Source of the DNA: Mobula hypostoma
Taxonomy: Eukaryota
NCBI RefSeq assembly: GCF_963921235.1
Contig: NC_086112.1
Span: 36,642,001-36,706,000, forward strand
Direction: 5' to 3'
Length of the DNA stretch: 64,000 nt
Shown: positions 38,419 to 51,015 of the stretch, in pieces
Position numbering within the stretch: position 1 is the stretch's first letter
Layout: every line of letters begins with the position of its first letter
Made by a program: the position numbers and the translations under genes
Notes under the pieces: model-generated
What the model was told of the DNA's origin: nothing
Database searches by the model: none
What the model saw: only the letters and a program-made list of their open reading frames with translations

Positions 38419-39179
38419 TTAGCCTCTGATGCTCCACAGAAAACAATCCAAGTTTGTCGAATCTCTCCCCGCATTCTCTAAACTAGGCAACATCCTGATG
38501 AACCTCTTCTGCATTGTCTCCAAAACTTCCACATCCTTTTTGCAATGTGGCAACCAGAACTGCAGACAACAATCCAAACGTGGTCCAACCAATGTTTTAT
38601 AGAATTGCAACATAACTTCTCCACTTTTAATAGTCAACAACAGAATCAATAGAAATTAGAATGCCATATACATTCTTACCAGACTGACAACTTGTATTGC
38701 CAATTTCAGGGAGCTCCAGACTAACAGATGATGCCACATGCTCTCCAACACACACCTAGAGAAGTTTGTCAAAGTTTCAGATGTCATGCCAAATCTTCAC
38801 AAACTTCCAAAAAGTAGACACACTGCCATGCTTTCTTCATAATAGATCCTCAGAAATGAAACTCTGAGGAATTTAAAGTTGTTGACCCTCTCCACAACAA
38901 ATCCCCTATGAGCATTGGTTCATGGATGTCTGGATTCCTCCTCCTGAGATCAATAATCAGCTCCTTGGTCTTGCTGACATTGAGTGAGAGGTTGTTGTTG
39001 TGGCACCACTCAGAGAGATTTTCAATATCCCTACTACAGTACATGCTGATTCATCACCACCTTTTATTCAGCCAACAACAGTGTTGTCAGAAGTATGTTA
39101 ATTAAAAGGAAATTACTGACTGCAGATTGCAGTGAGAGTAGTTCAGAAGAAGTATATTTAGAAGTTTTGTAAGGTGCCT

Positions 39180-40960
39180 GTAACACATCGCTGTATTTCA
39201 CCAGCACCATCTTGCTGAACAATAAGATGTATTACAAAAAGATAAATAAATTAATTCAAATAAGCAGTGCTAAAAGAGATGGAAAACTGAGGTAGTGTTC
39301 ATGGGTTCATTGTCCATTCAGAAATCTGATGGCAGAGGGGAAGAAGCTGTTCCTAAAACTTATGTGCATCTTCAGGTTCCTGTACCTCCTCCTTGATGGT
39401 AGCAATGAAAAGAGGACATGCCTTGAGTGATGGGATCCTTAATGATGGATGCCACCTTCTTCAGACATTGCTTTTTGAATGGAGCTGGCTGAGTTTACAA
39501 CTTACTGCCACGTTTTACCATTCTATGCAATGTCCTCTCCATACCATAGAGTGATGCAACCAGTTAGAATGCTCTTCATGGTACATCTATAGAAATATGT
39601 AAGTGTCTTTGGTGACATACAAATTGTCCTCAAACTCCTAATAAAACATAGCCGCTGTCATGCCTTCTTTGTAATTACACTAATATGTAGGTCTCAGGAT
39701 AGATTCTCAGAAATGTTGGGATCCAAGAACTGGAAAGTGCTCACCTTTTCCACTTCTGATCCCCCAATAAAGACTTGTCCTTGTTCCCTCAACTTTCCGT
39801 TTCTTAAGTCCACAATCAATTCCTTGGTCTTCCTAACACTGTGTGTAAGGTTGCTGTTGCAATACCACTCAACCAGCTGATCTCTCTTGCTCCTGTACAC
39901 CATGTCACTATCTGAAATTCTGCCAACAATAGTTGCGTTAACAAAATTATAGATAGTGTATGAGATGTGCCTAGCCACATAATCGTGGGTGTAAAGAGAG
40001 TACAGCAGGGGGCTAAGCACACATCCTTGAAGTGCTGCCGTGTTGTCAGTGAGGAGGAGATGTTATTTCCAAACTGCACAGACTTTGGTTTCCCGGTGAA
40101 GAAGTCAAGGATCCAGTTGCAGAGGGAGGTACAGAGGCCCACGATTTGGAGCCTGTTGATTAGAACTGAGGGTATGATTGTGTTTAATGCAGAGCTGTAG
40201 TTAATGAACAGCAGCCTGACATAGGTATTACTGTTGTCCTGATGATCCAAGGCCGAGAGGAGAGCCAGTGAAATTACAAACTCTGTATATCTATTATGGC
40301 AAAAGGCAAACTGTAGCAGGTCCAAGTCCCTGCTAATGCAGGAGTCGATTCTAGCCACAACCAAACTCTCAAAGTACTTAATCACAGTAGATGTGAGTGG
40401 CACTCACGTTAGCTGTTGAGGCATCTCACCCTGCTTTTCTTGGGCACTGATGATTTTCACACTTTCAAAGCAGGTGGGAGCCTCTTCCTCCAGCAGTGAG
40501 AGATTGAAGGTGTCCTTGAACACTCCCGCTGGTGGGTTGGCAAAAGTTTTCAAAGCCCTACTAGATACGCCATCAAAGACTGATGCCTCGCAAGGGTTCA
40601 CCATCTTGAAAGATGTTCTGATGTCAGCCTCCCAGACAGAGATCATAAGGTCACCAGATGCTTCAGGGATTCACACAGATATAGTTTTATTCTCCCTTTC
40701 AAAGCATGCATAAAAGGCATTGAGCTCATCTTTGAGTGAAGCATCACTGCCATTTATGGTAAGGTTTTGCCTTCTGGGAAATCATGGCCTACAAACCCTG
40801 CCACAGCTGACACAAATTCAATTCCATCTCTAACCTCAATTGGTATTGCTTCCTTGCTCTTAAAATAGCCTTCTGTGAGTCCTACCTGGACTTCTTGTAT
40901 AGTTTTGGATACCGGTCTTGAATGCCCCAGTCTAGCCTTCAGAAGACTATGAATATCCTG
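39180..40960 (-). mobile_element. Rex1/Babar-type LINE fragment
   Basis: LTSTVIKYFESLV...LQFAF...YVRLLFINYSSALNTIIP...WILDFF...LSPLLYSLYTHD. Confidence 0.75.
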
Positions 40961-41539
40961 TCACAAAATAATACAGCTCAAATCTGTGAGTTGCCCAGGT
41001 GTTCTTCCACCAAGTGAACACTAGAGGGCAGCACTGACAGGTGGGGCCAGCCCCCGGCCCAGCACACAGCCAACTTTGGTGTCTCCTTCATCGGTAACTG
41101 CAAGTCAACTCTGAGGCATGAGGGCCTTGTCTCCGCAATAACCAAGGCAACACAGCTCCTCTGCTGTCAGTCTTGCCAATGAACCAGTGAACCGACTTGC
41201 AGTATTCTTCATTACCAATGTCCAACAGGGTCCTGTGATCACAATAAAAATGTCCAAGACAATCTCTTGCACTTCTTTTTGGATCACAGAGCACAGTACA
41301 CAAGAAGTTCAGGCGACAACTTAACCATGGTATGCCATAAATCCAGCTCCATTGCTATCAAGCAACTTGCTGATGGAATAGCCTTACAGTCCTTGATATT
41401 CTTAGTATCCAGCAATGAGTTATGATCATAAAAGAGACGTACAGGAAGGACAAATACCTTTGATTGAAGCTGGAGTGGCCTCTGTGTCCAAGCATGCCAC
41501 CATCTTACTAAACAGTTAAGACATGACCAAGAGGTTTTA

Positions 41540-41874
41540 GTTGTTGTTCAGACGAAACATCAGAATGGGGAAGAAATGTGATTTAAGTGACTTTAAACAT
41601 GGAATGATTGTTTATGCCAGTTTTGAGTAATTCAGAAGCTGCTGATCTCCAGTGATTTTCATGCACAATAGTCTCTAGAGTTTACAGAAAATGGTGCGAA
41701 AAACAGTGAACTGTTTTGTAGGTGAAATGCCTTGTTAATGAGAGGTCAGGGGAGAATGGCCAGATTAGTTCAAACTGATAAAGGAAGGTGACAGTAACTA
41801 AAATAACCACATGTCGCAACAGTAGTATGCAGACGTACATCTCTGAATGCACAACACATCAAACCTTGAAGTGT
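41540..41874 (+). mobile_element. Tc1-like transposase 5' remnant (resumes at about 43093-43125)
   Basis: atggggaagaaatgtgatttaagtgacttt (MGKKCDLSDF) start resembles fish Tc1 elements. Confidence 0.5.
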
Positions 41875-43092
41875 ATGGTCCCCAACCACTGGGCTGTGGA
41901 TCGATACCGGGCTGCGAAGAAACAATATGATTTGGCGATATGAAACGATATGAGTCAGCTGCACCTTTCCTCATTCCCTGTTACGCCAACGGTTGAACTT
42001 GAACGCACGCGAGGTCATCAGTGACCCAAGACGTGCAAAGGAATGGGTGCGTGACCCATTTGTGAATGTCCCCTGTGAATCATCCATGTCAGTGCTAGAA
42101 AAAGATAAACTCCTCAAGCTTGCAAATGACGGTGGCCCGAAAAGTATGTTTGATGTAATATCTCTGCTAGCGTTCTGGATCAAAATCAAGGCTAAATATC
42201 TTGAGGAAGCCATGAAAGCACTGAAAACATTGCTTCCATTTCCAACATCATATTGCTGCGAAGCGGGCCTTTCTGCAATGAATGCAACGAAAACTAAATT
42301 GTGGAATAGACTGGACATAAGGAACCCCCTTCCAGTATTGCTGTCTCCCATCACCCCTCGATGGGACAGTCTTTTTGCAGGAAAACAAGCCCAGGGCTCC
42401 CACTGATTCAGCGATATTGGTGTGTTGCAATGATTTTATATGTTCATATGGGGAAAATATGCAGTGTGTGTTTAATATCCAAACGTTACTTAAAATGTTA
42501 TGATGCTATTGACTTATAAGTGACTTATAATTCAGTGGTCCCCAACCTACGGGCCGCGGACCGATACATTGCCGCAAAGAATGCAGCGGTGCAGCAGTAG
42601 CCGGAACGCACCCAGCACATCTTTAAGAAAAAAGCCAAAATAAACAAGCTAATTAATTAGGTGCCGCCTGGCACGTAAATGTCGGCCCAGATCAGAGGCG
42701 ATTGCTGATTGCCTCTGATCTGGGGCGACATTTACGTGCCAGGCGGCACCTAATTAATTAGCTTGTTTATTTTGGATTTTTCTTAAAGATGTGCTGGGTG
42801 CGTTCCAGCTACCGCTGTACGCTGCATTCTTTGCAGCAATGTATTGGTCCATGGCCAGGAGGTTGAGGACCACTGTTATAATTGCCTTATCACTATATTC
42901 ATGCGAAGAAAATATGCGCTGTGTGTTTAATACTAAATTCGTTAGATAAACCCTTTCAGAAACGAAATTGAGTGTATTAGCCACTTATAAATGACTTATA
43001 GTTGACTTATCACCTATATTCCGGTAGTGATTAACACAGCCTCCCTCCCCGGGTCGGCCAGTCTGCGGTGCAAAAAAGGTTGGGGATCCCTG
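41875..43092 (+). mobile_element. hAT-Charlie-like element with transposase C-terminal dimerization domain
   Basis: ORF 41993-42406 FWIKIKAKY...LLPFPTSYCCEAGLS...TKTKLWNRLD. Ends tggtccccaacc / ggttggggatccctg. Confidence 0.8.
42533..42875. mobile_element. Fully palindromic hAT MITE
   Basis: 343-bp near-perfect fold-back, cagtggtc...gaccactg, 8-bp TSD ttataatt. Confidence 0.9.
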
Positions 43093-44048
43093 TTCTGCAG
43101 CAGTGGCAGACCATATACGTACATTCAAGCACGGATAGAGACACAGATACGCACTCTACAATTAGCTTATTTCTTTATCATGTCTTCTATTGTTGGCCCT
43201 ACTACAGTCTGCCAGTAATTTCCCCTGAAGCAATATGCCTCGAAGAGGTACTCGATTAGAAGTGTTGTAAACCTGCTACAATTTTCCAGACAGTTCTACC
43301 TGCTTTTTACTCTGAGGAACCAGTGGAATCCCAAGTATTTTCACAGTCTTTGTATATGCTTTTAACTGCAAAAAGATTTGACCTGTCTTGAAATAGTAGC
43401 TGAAACTACATCAAATAAAAACTAATGGCAGAATTAAGTAAGCTCAAAGCAAAAAGGTCACTAAGACCTGATTTAATATATCTTGTAAATTAATAGAGGT
43501 GATTAGTATTACCTTCATAAATAGCTATCGTGGTAGTCAAAGCACTTCAGACTTAAATTTACTGGAGAGATTTATATATAATTGAGATATTTATATGTCA
43601 GTCCTCTCATCATTAATTTTAAGTGGATAATTTCAGGTTTATGAAACAGGTAGAACAATGAACAGTTCAATCTAAATTAGGAAAGCAGGGAAGTTGGTTA
43701 AGTTTATTGTTCTCCAAATATGAATGCCCTATGAAACATCAGTTTACAAATTGGATATGATTATGCTTCTCTGAAACGAATTAGGATTTTCTCATAATAA
43801 ATAAGCTAATAAAATGCTAAACATGGTTAAAGAATGACTCATTGAAATTCCTCTAAAAAACATTTCAAATTCTTTGGAGAAGGTAGCAGAACAGAATAAA
43901 GGAGATAAATACATTGGGTAATATAATTTAGATGCAACATATGGAACCTTCCTCATCCCGAGTACGAAACTAAATCTAAATAAATTAATAACACGAACAC
44001 CATCTACAATTATTAAATAAGAATATTAAGATTATTTTATATTTTTAC

Positions 44049-44139
44049 CTTGAAATATGTATCTTGACATATTAAAGTGCTGTTTGGAAGTGCTTTCTTA
44101 AGGCTGCACGCAAGTGTGGTTTTTCCACCATTTGTCATG
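44049..44139 (-). CDS. NMRK1: NMRK1 exon with P-loop
   Basis: (G)MTNGGKTTLACSLKKALPNSTLICQDTYFK, 91 nt, AG/GT boundaries, Walker A GKTT. Confidence 0.93.
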
Positions 44140-44299
44140 CTAAATTAAAGAAAGAAAATACTACATTTATATTTATAATCAGTAGAGTAAGATACCATAT
44201 TGCAGCAAAATCCAACAAACAGGTTTTAGCAATGCTCTGAGCATCTTACTTTATTGAAGTAACTTGAACAAAATTGTACTTATAAGTCCCATGAAGATA

Positions 44300-44976
44300 A
44301 TGTAGTTTTCTTCTCCCACGGGAGACAATTAAAAAAAATATGAAAAGAGGCAGAAAAAGCAAGATAAGTTAACATCATAGGGGAACGTCGACTCAGACCA
44401 TGAGAGGCCAGCGTCGGGCATTTTCATGCCTTACAAGGCGCAGATTGGAACATCATAGATAGTCACGAATTAAGGTAACTGAATTTGTAGAATTCAATAT
44501 TCAGCCCAAAAGACTACATCATGCTCAATGTGGAAATTCCTGGACGTAGTATTGAATTCTACAACTTCAGGTAACTTACTTTCTCTGTCTGTACCTATTC
44601 TCTATCTGTGTAATTGGCTTAACTTTTATTTATTTTTTCCCTTCTAGGAAAGGAGAACACGTCCAACCTTAATTGTGAAGCATATCTTCCTGCTTTGTAT
44701 TTCACAGCTTCTACATTCAGTTGTCTTTTTTCTCACTCATTAACTGTTCATTGACCAGATAGCTTTACTTATGGCTTCTTCCCATGATTACCCGAATTCA
44801 GCCCTATCATCATATACATGTCCTTCCCCACCCTTCCTGCAGCTTTACAAGCTTCTTTTCTCTCCTACCCAATTCTGACAAAGGGTCTTCAACTTGAAAT
44901 GTTAGCATCACTTCTCTTCCCACAGATGTGGCCTAAGCATTTTCTGATTTTATTTTAGATTTCTGGCATCTGCAGC
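44300..44976. mobile_element. Old Penelope-like remnant with inverted arrangement
   Basis: Inverted pair 44479-44501 / 44548-44570 encoding a SIEFYNFR*-like GIY-YIG C-terminus. Decayed ctgacaaagggtcttcaacttgaaatgtt motif and ...gcatctgcag tail. Confidence 0.55.
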
Positions 44977-46608
44977 TTTTTTGATTTTTCACTATGCAAA
45001 ACTGGCCGCTTCATTATAATGGCAACAGATGAGTTTATTTCATTTTGATATATTCACTAATTTATTCATTACAAAATGCATAAAATTTTGCAATACAGAA
45101 TTGTGAGATTTAGTGTCTCATTAAATCAAAACTTTAAACAAACATGTATGTTAATTCTACCAAAATTGCATGTAAAAGCCATAATCAAAAATATTCATCA
45201 CAACCATATAAAATACAAATCAGCAGTTTAAATAAATTTCAAGTATAAGATCAAAAATATAGGCTGAGCATTAAGATAGGAAAAGGGGAGATAATGCATA
45301 AATGAATCACTTTTAGAGGACCAAGTGCCTAGTTTGAATAGATCACACCCACACATAGCACAAAAGTTAAAGATATAGCAAAATAACATATATATGTATA
45401 TATATAAAATACACTAAAAAGTGAGCAGTAATGGAGGGTTGGATGACAAGTAATAAATCTCCTACGTGTTGTAAATAAGTTGCAGCAGTTCTTAAAGCAT
45501 CTTATGCCAATAACTGAGATCACAGTCGATCTAATTTCATATCCCTGTTTTTTCCCAAATCATAATAACCTGTTATAAAAACTATCAAATTGGGATTTAA
45601 AGTTCATAGCATCAATTGCCATTTCTAGTAAAATGTTAGAATTCACCAGCTTCTGTGTGTAGAACAGGCTGGTGATTTCTTTGCAATCTAGCTCTTTTTT
45701 AAGGGGGTGATCTTTAGTCCCCGACACCCCAGTGAAAGGAATTGCACTTCTATTGTTCCACTTAAAATCTCAAACTTAAATCACATTACCTTCTGGATCT
45801 ATTACTCTCTCAATAGCAACTCTCTCAAATGTCTTCAGGAAATTTATGTATAAAGCACCCGTCGACTTATCTTGTCTACTGCTTAGCTCTTTGAAATATT
45901 CAAACAGGTTCACCTTGTCTGATCTGTGATTTAAAAATCATTGTTGGTTCATTCTGATCAATGTAATATTTTCAGGGTCTTCTGTAACTCTGTTCTTGAT
46001 TTGATTCTTTTGAGACCACAGAAGTTAGGGACAAACTGGTTTCAGTCTGTTACCTTTAAAAACACACTGGAGTGACAGGGCAATATACTGTTTCCCATAC
46101 TGAGAAAACTTCCAAAAATATAGTTACGGCATCTACAATAGTCTAATACAGTTCTTTTTTTCTGGGATAGAAACCATTCCACCAATAAAATTATTTTAGT
46201 CCACTATTTTTCTTCATAGCTGTTATCTTCTGTATCATTTTTAATGAGTCCTTGTCCCTGAATCCATATTAGTTTCCTCAGGATGTCTAAATGTTTTTCT
46301 TTACTGATACAAAGTAATTATTCAACCTAACTGTGAACATCATCCTTATCTTTTTCTAGCCCCACATTGGTCTTGACCCTTGCCCTACAGTAACTGTAGA
46401 GTTCCTTTGATTCTGCTCATTTTCTTGTCACTTTTTTTGTAGCTGTTGCTATCTGTTTGTTGCCTTTTGCAGTTCCATGTCTTCTTCTTTGCCAAGTTCT
46501 GCACTTCATTTTGCCTGCTTGCATGCTTTTCCGTTCAGTTTCATGTTGACATTTGTCTCGCTAGTCATTCATGGCTTATTTATGAAACTTAAAACTTTAT
46601 GGAACTTT

Positions 46609-46892
46609 AGGGCGCCATGGTAACGTAGTGGTTAGCTAGACATTATTACATCTTGGCACATTGGAGTCTGAAGTTCAATTCTGGCGTCCTCTGTAAGGAG
46701 TTTGGATGTCCTTCCCATGAATGTGTGGGTTTCCTCCAGATGCTCTGGTTTCCTCCCACAGTCCAAAGATGTACTAGTTACTAAATTAATTGGTCACTGT
46801 AAATTATCCTATGATTAGGCTAGGGTTAAATTGCTGGCTTGCTGGGCATTGCAGCTTGTTGGGCTGGAAGGGCCTGTTCCACACTGTATCTC
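46609..46892 (+). mobile_element. tRNA-derived SINE
   Basis: A/B-box-like head (gtagtggttagc; gttcaattc), gggtttcctcc...ggtttcctcccaca core, LINE-like tail. Confidence 0.65.
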
Positions 46893-48759
46893 TTAATTAA
46901 CTAATTAATTGATGAAGCTCATATTCCTCTTCAGTATAAACACGTGTTTCAAAATTTGTTTAATAGACCATTACCACTGGTCTTGACTATTGGTATATTC
47001 ATTAGCAAGCTTTCCTAGTCTATGGACAATAACAAGTTTCTTAAACAGACTTTGGATTGGGGATAACCTTCTTGTGCTTCTGTTTTATGGGATCAGAGGT
47101 GACCAATGAGGTCAATGTGGGAAACACAGATATTTGCACAGATAGGTAGACAAGTGGGTAGTTTGTGAGATAATGCACTCCTTCCACCATTTATGTTGCG
47201 TTCTGTGTACTCCCAATACATGGACTTCTCAATTCCATCCTGTAAACTCCTTCACTTTGAACATTTAAGGCCTACAAATTCCTGAGAGTCAAATGGAGAA
47301 TGATGACGTTTTCAAGTTTGATCACACCATTGAACATCTTCCTCCATTGACCTTATTTTCTCTTCCTGTGACAAAATTTGCATAAAATTATGTTTTAGGA
47401 GTGTGGTGTGGTGTCTGCAACTGACACAGCCTGCCCAAAATAACCATGTGTATTTAGGGTCAATGCTGAGCCTGTTGTCTTTCAAGTACCCTAACACTGG
47501 TTTGCTTTTCCTTCCAGTAAACTTGAATAATTTTATGAAGAGAGCATTGATAATTACTTTTCAATGCCTTGAGATGTCTGTTGTAGGTAGACTAGGTCAA
47601 AGAAACATATAGAAGGTACATTGAAGACAGTGGTGAATCTTCTTTATCAGAAAGAAAGATGGGGATCTTCGTCCCTGCATGGGCTCCACAAAATAACTAT
47701 TACGAACCATTTCCCTCTTTCCTTGATGAATAGCACATTTGAAACACACTGTGGAGCCCAGATTTTCATCAAACTGGATCTATGGAGTGCGTACAACCTG
47801 ATCCACAATCGTCAGGAGATGAGTGGAAGACAGGATTCATAATACCCACTGGCCACTGCGAATACTTTGTGATGCCTTTCAGATTTTCCAACAGTCCAGC
47901 CAGTTTCCAAGCCTTCATTAACGAGAGCCTTCAAGACATGCTATATAAGTAGGTTTTTGTTTACCTTGCCGACATCCCCATCTTCTTCAAGGACCCCCAA
48001 GACCACACCTGTCATGTTCATTCAGTCCTTCAGTGTCTCCTTGAAAACCAACTGCACTGGAAGTAAGAAAAATGCCAGTTCAACGTCGCAGTCATTTCCT
48101 TCCTGTGTCCTGTCCTTTCACCTCAAGGCATAACCATGGACTGAGAAGTGTGTGCAGTTATGGAATGGCCCTGGCTGTGCACCTTCAGATGGCTATAGCA
48201 CTTCTTCGGCTTCTCCAACTTCTGTCATTGTTTCATCAGAAACAATAGCGAAATTGCTGCTCCTCTCACCTCCATCACCAAGTCTTCTACCTCATGGATA
48301 ATCTGGTCTGCTACCGCAGACCATGTTTTTGAGGAGCTCAAGAGACACCTCACCACTGCTCCCATTTTCTGGCATTCATACCCTTCTGGACCTTTTGTGA
48401 TAGAGGTGGACACATCTGATGTGGGTGTCAGAGTCATCCTCTCCCAGCGAGGAGTAGATGGGAAGACACACCCTTGTGCCTTCTTCTTGCATAAGTTCAA
48501 CCTTACACAGTGTCATTATGGAGTAGGAGACAAGGAACTACTTGCTATTAAACGGTCCTTGGAAGAAAGGAGACATTGGCTGATGGGAAATACCAGGCTC
48601 TTCCTGATCTGGACTGACTACCAGAACCTCATATCCATAGATTAGACCCACCAACTCAACCCACAACAGGTTCACTGGGCCCTCTTCTTCCAATAAATCA
48701 ACTTCACCATCTCCATTTCCAAGAATACAAAATCGGATGCCCTTTCATGACAGTTCATT

Positions 48760-49043
48760 AATGGATTTATTTATTGAGGTACAGCTCAGAATAGGCCTTT
48801 CTGGCCTACTGAGCCAAACAACCCCCCCCCACCCCGGTTTAACCCTAGTTTAATCACGGGACAATTTACAATGACCAATTAACCTATCAACGAGTAGGTC
48901 ATTGGACTGTGGAAGGAAAGCAGAGCACCCAGAAGAAACGCGTACAGTCACGAGAATAATGTACAAACCCCTTACAGACAGTGGTGGATATTGTACCTGG
49001 GTTACTGGTACTGTAAAGTGTTGTGCTAACCACTATGCTACCA
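48760..49043 (-). mobile_element. tRNA-derived SINE inserted in a Gypsy remnant
   Basis: Reverse complement reads ggtagcatagtggttagcac...; same core as 46609-46892. Confidence 0.65.
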
Positions 49044-49856
49044 TTTCTCTCAGCTGAAATAGAGATCGGCCTTCAGCCCATTATTCTATCTCCTCACTCC
49101 AATCGTATAGAACACAAGCCTGTTCCATCTGACACACCTGACAACCATATGTATGTGTCAATGGCCGTGCACTCTGTTGTACTCCACTGGGCCTACTCCC
49201 TCACCCCTCTCTGGCCATCCAGGTGCATGATGGACTCTGGATTTTCTGCAACACTGGTTCTGGTGGTCTACCACGATCGTAGATTATCATCAGTTCGTTG
49301 CTGCTTGCCCTCAATGTCCAATTCCTCTAACCAGCAATCCTATGGGCTCCTGCAGCCCCTACCAATCCCTCGCTGCCCGTGGTCCAACATTGCCTTGGAT
49401 TTCATCACGGATCTGCCACCCTCCAATGGAGCTACAGTGATCATGACAGTGATGGACCGGTTCTCCAAAGTGGCCCACTTCACTGCCCTCCCTAGGTTTT
49501 TGTCAGTCGGTGAGATGGCAGACCTGGTTCTCCAGCTTGTAGTCTGCCATCCGAGATCTGCCCTTCTGCACTGACTCCTGCAAGCTCTCACCTGGTTCGT
49601 TGGCCCCTTTAAGATTACCCATCGCATAAATTCAGTCATTTACTGTCTCCACTCACACCTACCTTCCATGTTTCCTGCCTCAAACACATTAGCTATGGAC
49701 CACTCAGCCCATCTGAGCCTGCATTTCTGGTTCTAGGATGGTGGAAGATGGTCCAGTGTACAGAGTTCACTGGTTGGTAGATTCTCATCATTGTGGACAA
49801 GGTGTGCAGTACCTGGTTGGCAGGGAAGCATAGGGCCCCAAGGAGAGATCTTAGGT

Positions 49857-50073
49857 AACACACATCAAAGTTGCTGGTGAACGCAGCAGGCCAGGCAGCA
49901 TCTATAGGAAGAGGTACAGTTGACGTTTCAGGCCGAGACCCTTCCTGACGAAGGGTCTCGGCCTGAAACGTCAACTGTACCTCTTCCTATAGATGCTGCC
50001 TGGCCTGCTGCGTTCACCAGCAACTTTGATGTGTGTTGCTTGAATTTCCAGCATCTGCAGAATTCCTGTTGTT
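49857..50073. mobile_element. Penelope-derived perfect fold-back insertion with hammerhead core
   Basis: 88-bp perfect arms (49857-49944 / 49950-50037), 5-nt loop. 13-bp TSD agagatcttaggt (49844-49856 / 50074-50086). Confidence 0.9.
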
Positions 50074-50986
50074 AGAGATCTTAGGTGCTGTCCAGTTACT
50101 TGTTGGAATCATCGCTCATCAAGGAGTTCCACTGGAGCTATCTGAATCATCCCGGGCCTTCGGAGGCTGACCTTGGGGGTTGGGGTCCTGTCAGGCCTGC
50201 ACATGCAGGCACCTTCCAGTCTCCACCCAGTTAATAGGAATCACCTGCTGCCTGCTTCTAGCGTATCATCTGCAGCCTACTTAACCACAGTTCTCATCCA
50301 TAGTTATCCACTCATCTAACCAACCCACCTCAACCAGTTGCTCCAAGCCTCCAGTGATCTTGTTGCCTGTTCTATTTTGTATTTGTTCTCACTTGGCTTG
50401 TGGTTTGTTATTTTGCAGTCTATTGTTAAAGCTACCGCTCACAGCTAATTCATTGCTGCTGCTCTTCTTTTGGGCAGAGCCTCCTCTACATTTCCTGACA
50501 GAAAGAGGTTTCCGGGGAACAAAGAGAAAGCTTTATGTATGTATTCAAATTTTCCTATAAATGTAAAATCTTTTCTGATTTATGGGAATGTCTAATCAAT
50601 GAAACTCTGAATGGAGCAGGAATATCCTTCAAGGCACTGGGCATTTTCAGTCATGATGATGGGGTTTTGCAAAGGTCAAGTACTAACAGCTTTAGCACAC
50701 AATATCCCATTTTCCACCTGCCACACTTGAGGAAATGCCTAAAGACCCTGTGTAAAATCTGTGTATGATCTTCCAGAACCTGAAAACTGAAGCGTATGCA
50801 AATCTTTATAACTCTTGAGTGAGCACTTGAGAAGAACATGACCAGATATTTTTAAAAAATCTAAACTTGCTACAAATCATTGGTGCAAAAGAATGATAAG
50901 AAAGTAGACTCATCAACTTGTACATATTAATTCCACAAACTCAGGAATAACCTCAACAAATGTAATTTAAGTTCACTGATACCTAC

Positions 50987-51015
50987 CCTCCAATTCCAAC
51001 AATGATTTGCTTCAT
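50987..51015 (-). CDS. NMRK1: Nicotinamide riboside kinase 1, first coding exon (exon probably starts at 51074)
   Basis: MKQIIVGIG+GG (human MKTFIIGISG), 29 coding nt, gtaggt donor, ttttag acceptor at 51076-51075. Confidence 0.88.

Larger units (their letters stand above)
47640..50500 (+). mobile_element. Decayed Gypsy chromovirus (RT-RNase H-IN) with 3' LTR at 50189-50500
   Basis: [41 protein letters not shown]-rich PPT followed by tgtcagg...cctgaca. Confidence 0.8.

Noticed and set aside
41993-42406. ZBED/SCAND3-like host gene
   Set aside because: Only a C-terminal fragment is present, lying between transposon termini.
44055-44070. NMRK1 QDTYFK versus human QDDFFK as a loss of function
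   Set aside because: The catalytic first Asp (human D36), the P-loop and the IIEG Glu are retained, and all exon phases are intact.
49857-50037. Pre-miRNA, terminator or CRISPR interpretation of the recurring palindromic repeats
   Set aside because: The repeats are dispersed, TSD-flanked and linked to GIY-YIG sequence, with no repeat-spacer array. The context is eukaryotic.
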